Below are positions 1-9,496 of a stretch of 64,000 nucleotides of DNA, piece by piece (position 1 is the first letter of the stretch; each line of letters begins with the position of its first letter). The notes beneath the pieces are model-generated. The model was not told where the DNA came from. It saw only the letters and a list, made by a program, of their open reading frames with translations, and did no database searches. This DNA comes from an uncultured candidate division Zixibacteria bacterium (lineage in GTDB: Bacteria; Zixibacteria; MSB-5A5; UBA10806), in the NCBI GenBank assembly GCA_963801605.1, contig CAWDFP010000006.1, positions 640,001 to 704,000 of the forward strand. Reading direction: 5' to 3'. The position numbers and the translations under genes were made by a program.

Positions 1-618
1 GTCGACTCTCTTATTCCTACCAACCGTTACGGGTCGCAAAGCCTGGCAAGAGATGTGGCAGCCTCAGATAATGTAATTTTGGCGGCGGAAAACGACGGGC
101 TCTCCATTCTCGCGACATCGAATCTGGCGTTATATTCCCGAAGGATCTTTCAGGATTTATTAAACTACGTCGTTGCACGTCACGATACGGCTTTCCTCGT
201 GGGCAATAACGGTTTCTATATAGTTGATTGCACAAACCCCAACGCCTCCCAAATCGTCTCTACATACAATCTTCCGGGGCAGGGTCTGGGGGTTGCAGTG
301 ATAGATACCTTTGCTTTTATCGCCGTTGGCTCCGAGGGCTTAATCGCTCTATCGATTAAAAATCCGGGGAATCCTGGATTTTTGTCGCATTATTCTTCCG
401 GGCAGATTATGACATCAGTTGTTACCGGAGATGGAATTTTATTTGCGGGATCTAACTCCAGCGTGGTTTATGCGCTCGACTATAAGGATCATCCGGATAG
501 TTTGGTATTTATAGATCGCGTCGATGTAAGCGGTAGTGTAGCCGAAATAGCCCACGGCCCCAACTATCTCTACGTGGCTACCAGCAGTAATGTTGATATA
601 TTGCGATTTGTACCGTAA
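1..618 (+). CDS. LVIVD-repeat (beta-propeller-like) protein, C-terminal part; runs in from before the window
   Basis: Frame is open from base 1 (VDSLIPTNRY...). Repeats such as 'GFYIVDCTNP', 'FAFIAVGSEGLIALSIKNP' and 'YLYVAT'. Confidence 0.75.
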   Translation, partial: VDSLIPTNRYGSQSLARDVAASDNVILAAENDGLSILATSNLALYSRRIFQDLLNYVVARHDTAFLVGNNGFYIVDCTNPNASQIVSTYNLPGQGLGVAVIDTFAFIAVGSEGLIALSIKNPGNPGFLSHYSSGQIMTSVVTGDGILFAGSNSSVVYALDYKDHPDSLVFIDRVDVSGSVAEIAHGPNYLYVATSSNVDILRFVP

Positions 619-643
619 AGGCAAGATTCTTAAAGAGTGTTCC

Positions 644-680
644 GGGCCGTTTGGAAGGAATTCCAGCGGCCTGTTTTTTT
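644..680 (+). terminator. Rho-independent terminator
   Basis: GGCCGTTTGGAA-ggaa-TTCCAGCGGCC stem followed by a T tract, just after the stop at 618. Confidence 0.7.
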
Positions 681-685
681 ATATT

Positions 686-1156
686 TTAATGCATTCCAAA
701 CCAAGGACCGGCGTTGAGGCTATCGTAAAACGTAATTTGATCTTCCTTTTCCCTGATTTTCCCTCCAGCCTCCTGAGCTAACGCAAAATATTTTTCGTAT
801 CCGGTACTATTCCCCGCGGCGGCCAGAGCTCGGGCCATGGCCTCGTAAGCGAATGCCAGGTCGATATCACCAAATCCGTTTTGATCGCATATAGCTAAGG
901 TTCTTTTGGCATGATGAAGGGCAGCTTCAGATCTTTCCAAAACGGAATTAACGCGTGATATCATCCATTCTCCTCTCGCCTGATGAAGAGCGGTTCCCGC
1001 TTCGCGCCAATGGTAGCAGGAGGCATAAGCGCATTGAAGCATTTTTTCATTATCGTCCTCGCTGCGAAGCTCCAATTCAAGGAGCTGCCAGGTCCGATTG
1101 AATAACTCCACAGCGAATTTCCTATGATATTCCTGAGGCGATTCGGATTCATTCAT
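686..1156 (-). CDS. Conserved hypothetical helical (TPR-like) protein
   Basis: ATG at 1156 preceded by AAAGGAG. Motifs 'HRKFAVELFNRTWQLLE', 'AYASCYHW', 'ARGEWMISRV' and 'AFAYEAMARA'. Confidence 0.75.
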   Translation of the reverse strand: MNESESPQEYHRKFAVELFNRTWQLLELELRSEDDNEKMLQCAYASCYHWREAGTALHQARGEWMISRVNSVLERSEAALHHAKRTLAICDQNGFGDIDLAFAYEAMARALAAAGNSTGYEKYFALAQEAGGKIREKEDQITFYDSLNAGPWFGMH

Positions 1157-1235
1157 AAGCACACTCCTTTCCAGGCCAATTCTAATTTTATACCTGGTTA
1201 ATCTTCCCCGGCCGAAACGAACTTGGTGATTATAA

Positions 1236-1262
1236 TAACGGGGCCTGTAGCGGCCCCGGTTT
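1236..1262 (-). terminator. Putative terminator hairpin downstream of the cytochrome c gene
   Basis: CGGGGCC-tgtagc-GGCCCCG stem with a weak T/A-rich tail. Confidence 0.4.
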
Positions 1263-1301
1263 CGCAATTTTTGATTAAGTAGGCAACCCCATCGCCTATT
1301 A

Positions 1302-1934
1302 TCAAGGTTTGTTCATGCCCGCCGCCGGCGGGGTAGGCTGAGGTACCTGGTTATTGATCGGCTTCAGGGATTTCAAATAGGCAAACACTGCTTTGAGGTC
1401 AGAATCTTTAGCTTTGCCAATTTCATACCAGGGCATAGGAGGCAAGATTTGCCGACCTGCACCCATGTGCTTGCCGGTATGCATGGCTTGAATGAAGGTT
1501 TCCTCGGTCCAAGCTCCGATGCCAGTGGCCTGATCAGGAGTTAAGTTGAATGTGTAGCTTACTCCCCAGGGCCCTGCCCAGGCGGTCATACCATTGTTTC
1601 CAATGAATCCCCAGGTATTCGGCCCAATGACGCCGGTGGGAACCGCAGGTATGGCCTCAGAAGCCGGATGGCCGGAAAGAATACGAGACATATCAGGGTG
1701 CGGCCCTGTCTCCGTAAACACTTTGGGGCTGTGGCAATCGTTACACCCGCCTAAGGTTACAATATACTCTCCGGCCGAAACCAATCCCGGAGCTTCTTCT
1801 TTTGTCATCTCGATTTTACCCTTAGCCTTTTCCAAGGCGGGCCTTTCCTCCGGTTGTGCATATACAATTCCCAACAACCCGAAAATCAGGATGCCAAGAA
1901 CAATGAATCCCGCAATAGATACTTTTTTGGTCAT
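1302..1934 (-). CDS. Exported c-type cytochrome (single CxxCH)
   Basis: Signal/TM N-terminus, CNDCH heme motif, 'NLTPD..TGIGAWTEETFIQAM' and 'LPPMPW' (distal Met). GGAGG RBS. Confidence 0.85.
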   Translation of the reverse strand: MTKKVSIAGFIVLGILIFGLLGIVYAQPEERPALEKAKGKIEMTKEEAPGLVSAGEYIVTLGGCNDCHSPKVFTETGPHPDMSRILSGHPASEAIPAVPTGVIGPNTWGFIGNNGMTAWAGPWGVSYTFNLTPDQATGIGAWTEETFIQAMHTGKHMGAGRQILPPMPWYEIGKAKDSDLKAVFAYLKSLKPINNQVPQPTPPAAGMNKP

Positions 1935-2274
1935 AAACCCTCCTTTGGTTAAATAAGATGTTTAAGTCCGTAACGCATTAAAAGCGCCACTCTCGATATA
2001 TAATATTTTTAAAATACTTCTGATTTAATTTAATATAGAGTCGATAAGCAGTCAAGCAAAAACCGGATTTTAGCGATAGCAGTAAATATTTAATATGGAG
2101 GCTTATTGCCGGGCCAAGGTTAAGATGAAAAATAACTTGCAATTGCCCTGCAGGCAGGTATTTTAAACTGATGTGATTGGCGGATGCAGTAATTCGGCTT
2201 GTTTTCGGCAGACTATTTTGCGACCCCATCAAGAGCGCACGCTATCGCGCCGATACAGAGATTGAGGTGTTTAT

Positions 2275-3531
2275 ATGATAATTAGGGGATTACGCAAATT
2301 AGCTGTATCATTTATTGTTTTTACCTGCTTTTTTTGTGGCATTTCACAGGCTCAATGGCATCTTGCATTTCAGGGTTCGCTTGTTACCAGCGGACGGCCT
2401 CACGATCTGGTAGTCCAGGGGAGTTATGCTTACCTTGGCGATTGGGATGCCGGTCTGGAAATAATCGATATTTCCTACCTTCCAAGCCCTCAACGCGTTT
2501 CAGGATATAATACTGTCGGGTTGGCCAACTCGGTTACTTTAGCGGGACATTATGCTTATGTGGCCGATTGGAACCACGGAATGACCATAATAGATATTGC
2601 GTTTCCTCATGCTCCTCAGTATGTGTCGAATTGGGATACGCCGGGACAGGCTACCAATATATATATCTTAGGGAATTATGCGTACATATCGGATTTTAAT
2701 GGTGGTATAAGTATCGTTGATATTTCGAATCCGGCTTCTCCTCAGGGCGTATCACGTTATCTGACAGGCAGCTTTGCGACCGGGATCTGGGGACAAGGAA
2801 ATTACTTATACGTTTCCAACTCAGTTAATGGTCTCAAAACATTCAATATCAGCACTCCCGATACCACAATCTGGGTCGATACCTATCGCTCGGGCGGTGA
2901 CGCCTCGAATGTAACCGGTGGAAACGGCTACATCTATCTTTCTGATGGCCTTGGCGGAGTTAAGATACTTTCTCTTTCAGATCCGGCCCATCCTAATTTC
3001 GTATCGGAAATTGAAACGCCGGGCTATGTAAATGACGCCTCGCTTTCCGATACGCTGCTTTATATCGCCGATGATGTTACTGGGGCCTTGGCCGTTTCTG
3101 TTGCCATTCCTGCTTATCCGAATATTATCGCTACATACAATAGCCCGGGAACAGCCGTTGGAATTTATGCCCAGGGATACAATATTTACCTCGGGGATAC
3201 CAATTCCCTTATTACTCTGCTTTTAACCGATGTTGATGCCGTTGATGATGGCAACCAAATTCTGCCATCGATGTTTGAAATTAAAAGAGTTTACCCCAAT
3301 CCTTTTAATCCTCAGGCGACGGTTGATTTTTCTCTTGAGCGAAGAATGGGAGTTAATCTGGCGGCGTATGATCTTACCGGACGGTTGGTGGCCCATCTGG
3401 CCACCGGGTTTTATGAAGCAGGCGATCATTCAATTGTATGGAATGCATCGGGATTGCCATCAGGAACTTATCTGGTTCGCCTTTCGAGCGGCGGCTATTC
3501 CAAGACCATTAAAGCCACGGTTCTCAAATAA
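2275..3531 (+). CDS. Secreted LVIVD-repeat protein with T9SS-like/FlgD Ig C-terminal domain
   Basis: Signal peptide (AQWH). About 7 'YAYxADxxxGLxIIDISxP' repeats. C-terminal 'YPNPFNP...YDLTGRLV...WNASGLPSGTYLVRL...TVLK'. Confidence 0.85.
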   Translation: MIIRGLRKLAVSFIVFTCFFCGISQAQWHLAFQGSLVTSGRPHDLVVQGSYAYLGDWDAGLEIIDISYLPSPQRVSGYNTVGLANSVTLAGHYAYVADWNHGMTIIDIAFPHAPQYVSNWDTPGQATNIYILGNYAYISDFNGGISIVDISNPASPQGVSRYLTGSFATGIWGQGNYLYVSNSVNGLKTFNISTPDTTIWVDTYRSGGDASNVTGGNGYIYLSDGLGGVKILSLSDPAHPNFVSEIETPGYVNDASLSDTLLYIADDVTGALAVSVAIPAYPNIIATYNSPGTAVGIYAQGYNIYLGDTNSLITLLLTDVDAVDDGNQILPSMFEIKRVYPNPFNPQATVDFSLERRMGVNLAAYDLTGRLVAHLATGFYEAGDHSIVWNASGLPSGTYLVRLSSGGYSKTIKATVLK

Positions 3532-3568
3532 CGTCGAAAGAACCTTCGCGAAACTCCATTATAGACAC

Positions 3569-5847
3569 TTAAAATTTATAACTAATTCCCAAGCTGGGCA
3601 AAATACCGGCGTCATAAACGAAACCATCTGCCGTTCTTATAATCGGGTTTTGATAATTAAAGATGTTGGAAATGTTGGCATTAATCTGAAAGCGGCCGAA
3701 ATTTAAATCCGCATTAAAATCCGTACTCATATTAGTGGGAAATTTCGCGGAGTTTTCCGAACTAATGATTCCTCGATAAAAGGACTCTGTATACCGGTTA
3801 GTATTCACTACACCGTTTGGAGTGGTTAGCTGCGTATACGGGAAGCCGGTATGGAGGGAAATTTTCCCCCAATCCTGAAGTGACGATTTATTCTAATCCC
3901 GAGTTCCGTATAAAGTTTATTGGGGGCATTTAATTCATACGGTACCGTTATGTTTTGAGTAATCTTCACGGCATGGCTGTAACCGTAGAATGCGAAAAAG
4001 TCAAACCTGTGAAAGTTATTTAGCTCAAAAGTTACATCCCCCCCGTAGGAGTTAATCTGTCCATCCGACCGCATCACAAGGAAGTCTTTGCCGGCAGTGC
4101 CATCTTCACTTACCTGACTGAAATCCGGGATAAGTCGTGGAATATTCCTGATTTCTTTTTTAAATGCGCCGAGTTTGAATGGCCCAGCCGCCCAATTTAT
4201 GGCAGATAAGCTTGTTTCCACCGGACGAAGCTTTGATAGATTTGCCATCACCAATATCTGGTAGGGTTCGAGGATTCTATTTACTGGGCTGTTGGCGTAT
4301 GTACCGTATGATAATCCCCATAAACCAAACCCGGGGCTCCTGAATAGAAGCGAGTTTCTCCAAAGCAGAGCGTTTTTTTCTCCAAGATCGCGGAGGTATT
4401 CACCTCTTAAACCAGACTCTATCTCAAACAAACCCCACGATTGCTTAACCGATAAGTAACCGGCGTCAGTAAGTTGGTCGGATATGGAATTATAAGCACC
4501 GTAATAGTGGTTTAACTCTCTTTGATAGATGAAGGGATTATCGCTATTGGCATCGGGCGGTAAGAAGTTCCAGTTGTTTTGGCGAAGCTGAATCTGACGC
4601 CCCTTGACATAATTCAGATTATTGCCAAGGGTAATCCGGGTTCCGCCAAAGAGAAGATTCATTTCGAAATCTGCCACCTGTGTCACGATTTGAGTATTTA
4701 AATCCACATAAAAGGAGCTTAAAGAATCGCCTCCAATCGAAACCGCTTTGTAATGTTCACGACCTTCTTTTACTGCGCCATTAAGTTTGAATGAAAGATG
4801 CTGGTATAAGCCCTCAAAGCGTACTCCGGAAAAGCGCTCTCCCGTATTTTGATAAGTATTAATACCGCCCGGATTGTTGGACGAAGCTCCCAAATTATAC
4901 GAAAGATTATCCTTAACATCGTAATTATCGTTTAACAGCTTTATGTGATCAGATATCTTGAGGCCGCTGGATATGAAGATGTCTTTAAACGCTGTCGGAG
5001 GTATAGTGACTTGTTTGGAGTCGGGGGTTATTTTATTCGCAATTTTATCAAGCACCGATTTCCGTAGCGTTGAAAGCAGATAGTAGTTATTACTTCCCAA
5101 AGAAACCGACCCTGTGCCCTCGACAAATGAAAGGTCCATTTCGCTGTGTGGCTTGCTATCAAATGGCTGAATAGTGCCAAACTGTATTATCGAGGGAGAG
5201 CTTGAAGAGGCGTTTGTGCCTTGTGGGAAAAATCTAATCTGGCCGACCGCCGAACCGGGAACGATCGAGAACATGCCATAGTGATTGGGGTCATATCCCA
5301 TTTCGATTCCATTGAGATAATAAATCGGACTGGTGCCGTTGATCCGGAGTTTGGAGGAGTAACTGGAACCTTCGCGTACTAATTGTGCCTGCCTGATGGC
5401 GCTGATTGGATTGGTGGTGACAAGAGAGTGCCTCGAGGCGAGATCGATTTTTTCCGAACTCATCGAGGTCATCAGCTCCGCTTCGCGAGACTTGGGAGAA
5501 ACCACGATAGTGCCAAGCTCAATCGGTTTTTCATGCAAATTAAAGTTGATGACACTGGTATCGGACTTGGAAAAGAGCTTTACGATTCTATCTTCATATC
5601 CGATAGATGATGCCCTAACTATAAGCGTATCTTCTTTCACATTGGCAATTTTGATGCTGTATTCGCCATTCGGCCCGCTGACGACTCCGCCTAGGTTATT
5701 CTCTCCAGATTTAACAATTACGGCAGTCCCAACCAACGGCTCGCTGCCAATACCGCTTATTATGCCGGTAATAAACTTATCCTGGGACCCAAATGCTGGA
5801 ATCGCTAGCAGGATGGTGTATATGCAGATTAGTTTCAAATTTTTCAT
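3569..5847 (-). CDS. TonB-dependent receptor with N-terminal carboxypeptidase-regulatory-like domain (frameshift near 3860, probably a sequencing error)
   Basis: Signal peptide, CarboxypepD_reg-like domain, plug 'YYLNGIE' and beta-strands. Adding one base in the homopolymer at 3859-3861 joins ORF 3826..5847 to 3569..3808, which ends in 'LGISYKF'. Confidence 0.75.
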
Positions 5848-5875
5848 TTTAACATTTCCCCCTGTTACAGTTTAA

Positions 5876-5891
5876 ATCAATTGCCGTGCCA
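5876..5891 (-). promoter_or_regulatory. Putative sigma54 (-24/-12) promoter of the TonB-dependent receptor gene
   Basis: TGGCAC-GGCAA-TTGAT on the minus strand (consensus TGGCAC-N5-TTGC). The implied start site lies just upstream of the GGGGGAAA RBS and the ATG at 5847. Confidence 0.5.
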
Positions 5892-6377
5892 GTGGCATGG
5901 TATTTGATGGATTTGCTATATGTTATTGGCAATTAATGGTTTGCGGGATTACGCCACCATGGGAATAGTTACATTTCAAATTATTTTATGCAAACGAAGT
6001 GCTATTAATTGAAGCGGATTTGTACCTTCGCAAGGCAAGGCATATTTTTGATTTCAGGGGAATGATAGGCGCGCATCTCCACGTATTTGGATTTATTCAA
6101 TTAAAATAGAATTACCCTATGTCGGTAATTCTCATAAAACAGTAAAACATCCTTTTTGAAAAACATGCTCATTTGTAGAATATGACTTCAATTTGCTTTG
6201 TTGGATGAGCGCATTTAACGAGTTCTTAATTGTAATTTTCAATTACTCGCGGGAAACCTGAGATAAAAGTATCCGTAGAAAAACGAGCACTTATTAAATT
6301 TTGATGAAGGCAATTTTTTTGAAGCGGAACATCGAAGATAAAACAAAAAAACAATAATTAGTTTTAAAATTCAGCGC

Positions 6378-6406
6378 TTGCCTGCGGGCAATCTGAGTCT
6401 TATTAT
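6378..6406 (+). promoter_or_regulatory. Putative sigma70 promoter of the lpoB operon
   Basis: TTGCCT-17 nt-TATTAT. Confidence 0.45.
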
Positions 6407-6463
6407 CTCCAATACGCAATTGAAGATTATTAACTTAAGGCATAATCAAAAGAAGGAGGAATC

Positions 6464-7060
6464 GTGAAAAAAGGAGCAATACTAATAATAGCGATACTGG
6501 CTATGCTTTCATGCAGTTCACATCGCCAGGTCAGCCGCCTGCCGGCGGATTCGGTGACCGATTTAAGCGGTCAATGGAATGATACCGATGCCAAGCTGGT
6601 AGCCCAGGAAATGGTCTCAGACTGTTTGGCCAAAACCTGGCTCACTGATTTCCTTCAAGCCAAAGGCCAAAAGCCGGTAGTCACGGTGGGCACTATCCGC
6701 AATATGAGCAGCGAGCATATCGACACCGATATTTTCACCAGCGATTTCGAACGCGAGTTGATCAACTCCGGTAAGGTAAAATTTGTAGCCAGCCGCGATC
6801 AGAGAGGTGAGATTCGCAATGAACGCGCCGATCAGCAGGAGAACGCCTCCGAGGAAACGATGAAGCGTTCCGGCAAAGAAGTTGGCGCTGATTTTATTCT
6901 ACTTGGCTCGGTCAAAACCATCACCGACGAAATCGAAGGAAAGCGCACTATATTTTATCAAACCAACTATGAGCTGATAAATCTTGAAACCAATGAAAAA
7001 GTCTGGATCGGCGAAAAAGAGATTAAAAAAGGCATCTCCCAGGGTAAAGTAAAATGGTAA
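6464..7060 (+). CDS. lpoB: Penicillin-binding protein activator LpoB family lipoprotein
   Basis: Lipobox 'MLSC'. Motifs 'DLSGQWNDTD', 'NMSSEHIDT' and 'ELINLETNEKVW.GEKEIKK'. Strong RBS AAGGAGG. Confidence 0.8.
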   Translation: MKKGAILIIAILAMLSCSSHRQVSRLPADSVTDLSGQWNDTDAKLVAQEMVSDCLAKTWLTDFLQAKGQKPVVTVGTIRNMSSEHIDTDIFTSDFERELINSGKVKFVASRDQRGEIRNERADQQENASEETMKRSGKEVGADFILLGSVKTITDEIEGKRTIFYQTNYELINLETNEKVWIGEKEIKKGISQGKVKW

Positions 7061-8445
7061 TTGGCAGGGCGGTGTTCGGGAGAATTCTCCCGGGCCTGCT
7101 GATAGCCTCTATAATTTCGGGCTGCGGAGCGGTGGCGACGCGCGATAAATTCTATAAGCCGATCGCCGCCGAGCTCGATGCCGGCAATTATTCTATAGCC
7201 GCAGAGAAGTTCGAAAAAGTCAAATTCGACAAGAAGGATCGCTTTCTATATTTTGTCGATTCCGGCGTACTTTATCATTATGCAGCGGAATTCGATAGCA
7301 GCAACGAAAGGCTCACAGCCGCCGAGAATGCCTCTGAAGAACTTTTCACCAAGAGCATTTCACGGGCAGCAACCTCGATGCTCTTAAACGATAATGTCCT
7401 GGAGTACGCCGGAGAAGATTATGAAGTCCTGTATACCAATCTTATCAAAGCGCTTAATTATCTGGCTTTAAAAAAAACCGATGATTTCTTTGTTGAAATT
7501 CGGCGCGCCGATCTTAAGCTCGGGCTTCTGGAACAGAAATATGTCAAAGCCGCCGAAACACTTAACCGCGGTGAGGACACTGATACGGCCGGCGTCAGAA
7601 TTAATTACCAGCCTGGAAAAGTCAGATTTAACAACGACGCCTTCGCCAGATATCTAAGCCTTCACATGTACGCCTCCGAGGGCAAATGGGATGACGCCAG
7701 AATCGATTACGACAAGCTTCAGGAGGCATTCGAAAGCCAGCCTCAATTATATGATTTCAATATGCCTGACGTAGTTTACGCCTCGGATAGCGGAGCCGTT
7801 TTGAGTATCGTTGGGCTGGTTGGGCTTTGCCCGGTAAAAAAAGCGCTTAATTTGCGTATCAGAACCGATAAAGACCTTGGCCTGGTACAAGTCCTCTATA
7901 CCGATCCCCAAAAAGAGGACACAGAATACGGGCAGCTTCCCATACCGGTAAAAGAAGATTACTATTTCAAGTTTGCCATTCCGGAGTTAACGCCGCGTCC
8001 GTCAATGATATCATCTGTCAGGATTTGGGCCGGCGATAAAGAGCTTGGTGAGCTTAGTCTTCTTGAAGATGTGACAAAAATCGCACAGGAGACATTCGAG
8101 GCTAAGAAGACTCTGATCTATTTACGTTCGGTGGGACGGGCCGTGGCCAAGGGATTGGCTACCCATCAACTTAAGAAAAAATTCGATACCGGAGGTATTG
8201 AGGGTTGGCTAAAGAAGGCCGCTGTTGATGTCGGCAGTGATATTTCCGAAAATGCCGATTTGCGCTGCGCCCGCTTTCTTCCCGGCCGAATTTTCGCATC
8301 AGATTTTGTGCTGGCTCCTGGGATATATGATTTGAAAGTGGAGTTTCTCGGTATTGACGATCAGATTATAAAAACTGAGACGATTCCGGGCTATGCAGTC
8401 AGTCAGTTTGGGCTGAACCTCATCAGCGTTTTTTCAACCGAATAA
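7054..8445 (+). CDS. COG3014-like TPR lipoprotein
   Basis: Lipobox 'ISGC'. 'NDNVLEYAGEDYE' and 'ENADLRC..FLP' motifs. Usual neighbour of LpoB-family genes. Confidence 0.7.
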   Translation: MVIGRAVFGRILPGLLIASIISGCGAVATRDKFYKPIAAELDAGNYSIAAEKFEKVKFDKKDRFLYFVDSGVLYHYAAEFDSSNERLTAAENASEELFTKSISRAATSMLLNDNVLEYAGEDYEVLYTNLIKALNYLALKKTDDFFVEIRRADLKLGLLEQKYVKAAETLNRGEDTDTAGVRINYQPGKVRFNNDAFARYLSLHMYASEGKWDDARIDYDKLQEAFESQPQLYDFNMPDVVYASDSGAVLSIVGLVGLCPVKKALNLRIRTDKDLGLVQVLYTDPQKEDTEYGQLPIPVKEDYYFKFAIPELTPRPSMISSVRIWAGDKELGELSLLEDVTKIAQETFEAKKTLIYLRSVGRAVAKGLATHQLKKKFDTGGIEGWLKKAAVDVGSDISENADLRCARFLPGRIFASDFVLAPGIYDLKVEFLGIDDQIIKTETIPGYAVSQFGLNLISVFSTE

Positions 8446-8475
8446 AAAAACATAGCGATAAAAAGTGGATTTTTT

Positions 8476-8505
8476 GCCGGGTAACGTTCATTGCCCGGTA
8501 TTTTT
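8476..8505 (+). terminator. Terminator hairpin between convergent genes
   Basis: GCCGGGTAA-cgttca-TTGCCCGGT followed by a T tract. Confidence 0.55.
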
Positions 8506-9373
8506 ATTTTTCAGATTCAGGCGTTTTTTCGGCCAAGTAATTCTTATAACATTTGGTAAACTCCGCTCCATAAAGCATTATTTGAGCGGAATAGAATGTC
8601 CAGAGCATGACGATCACCAGCGAACTGGCCGCGCCAAACATGGAACTGGCGCCGCTATGGCCGAGATAGAGACCAATCAGGTATTTTCCAACCGTAAATA
8701 AGCCGGAGGTCATGGCAGCGCCGACCCATACGGCGCGCCACCTAATCTTCACACCGGGCAGATATTTAAATATCAATGCAAAGAGCAGGGTGATGACTAC
8801 GAATGAAACTGTCAGATCCAAAATCCGCAAAATATTATCGAGACCGGGGAAAAGATTGCTGATATAACCGCCGAAACCGGCGGATGCCGCGCTTACTATC
8901 AACGAAACTAAAAGAAGAAATGCGATCGCCAGAACCATTCCGAATGAAATCAGGTGATCTATTAAATAGGCGATGACTGTGCTTATCGGTTTTTGCTCGG
9001 CTTGAAAAATCGTATCCAGCGAATCTCTGAGTTGCACGAATACCCCCGTGGCGCCAAAGATCAGCATGGCGCCTCCGAAGATGGTAGCTACGATCGTCGA
9101 GTGGGATTGGCCGGCGTTAGCAATCATGTTTTGGATGGCCAATGCGCCGTCCGGCCCGATAAGGCTCTGGATTTGGCCTACGATCTGCCCCTGAGCGGCG
9201 GCCCGTCCAAATACCACACCGGCGATGACGATAATAATCAGAAGCAGCGGGGCCAGCGAAAAGATGGTGAAGTAGGAAAGGGCGGCTCCCATTCTCCAGG
9301 CGTTATCGTTGTTCCATTCGTTGTAAGCGTCCCAAAAGAGTTTTAAGAATGATTTTGTCTTATGATTTGCCAT
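8504..9373 (-). CDS. YihY/virulence factor BrkB family membrane protein
   Basis: 'GAALSYFTIFSLAPLL', multiple TM helices and 'GAASSLV..MLW.FYSAQI.LYGAEF'. Confidence 0.9.
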   Translation of the reverse strand: MANHKTKSFLKLFWDAYNEWNNDNAWRMGAALSYFTIFSLAPLLLIIIVIAGVVFGRAAAQGQIVGQIQSLIGPDGALAIQNMIANAGQSHSTIVATIFGGAMLIFGATGVFVQLRDSLDTIFQAEQKPISTVIAYLIDHLISFGMVLAIAFLLLVSLIVSAASAGFGGYISNLFPGLDNILRILDLTVSFVVITLLFALIFKYLPGVKIRWRAVWVGAAMTSGLFTVGKYLIGLYLGHSGASSMFGAASSLVIVMLWTFYSAQIMLYGAEFTKCYKNYLAEKTPESEK

Positions 9374-9496
9374 GCTCCTCCAGTTATTAATAATAATCTA
9401 TACCTATCTGGAGGAAGTATCGCAAGAGATTTTCGAATTAAAAATAGTGATAAACTAAAGATAAATCGGAGCCGTTCGTCCTAAGTAAATCATGGC

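Noticed and set aside
9375..9418. Anti-Shine-Dalgarno hairpin (CCTCCAG/CTGGAGG) upstream of the yihY-family gene
   Set aside because: The distal arm lies in the spacer of a plausible TTGCGA-17-TATAGA promoter, so it is probably not transcribed.
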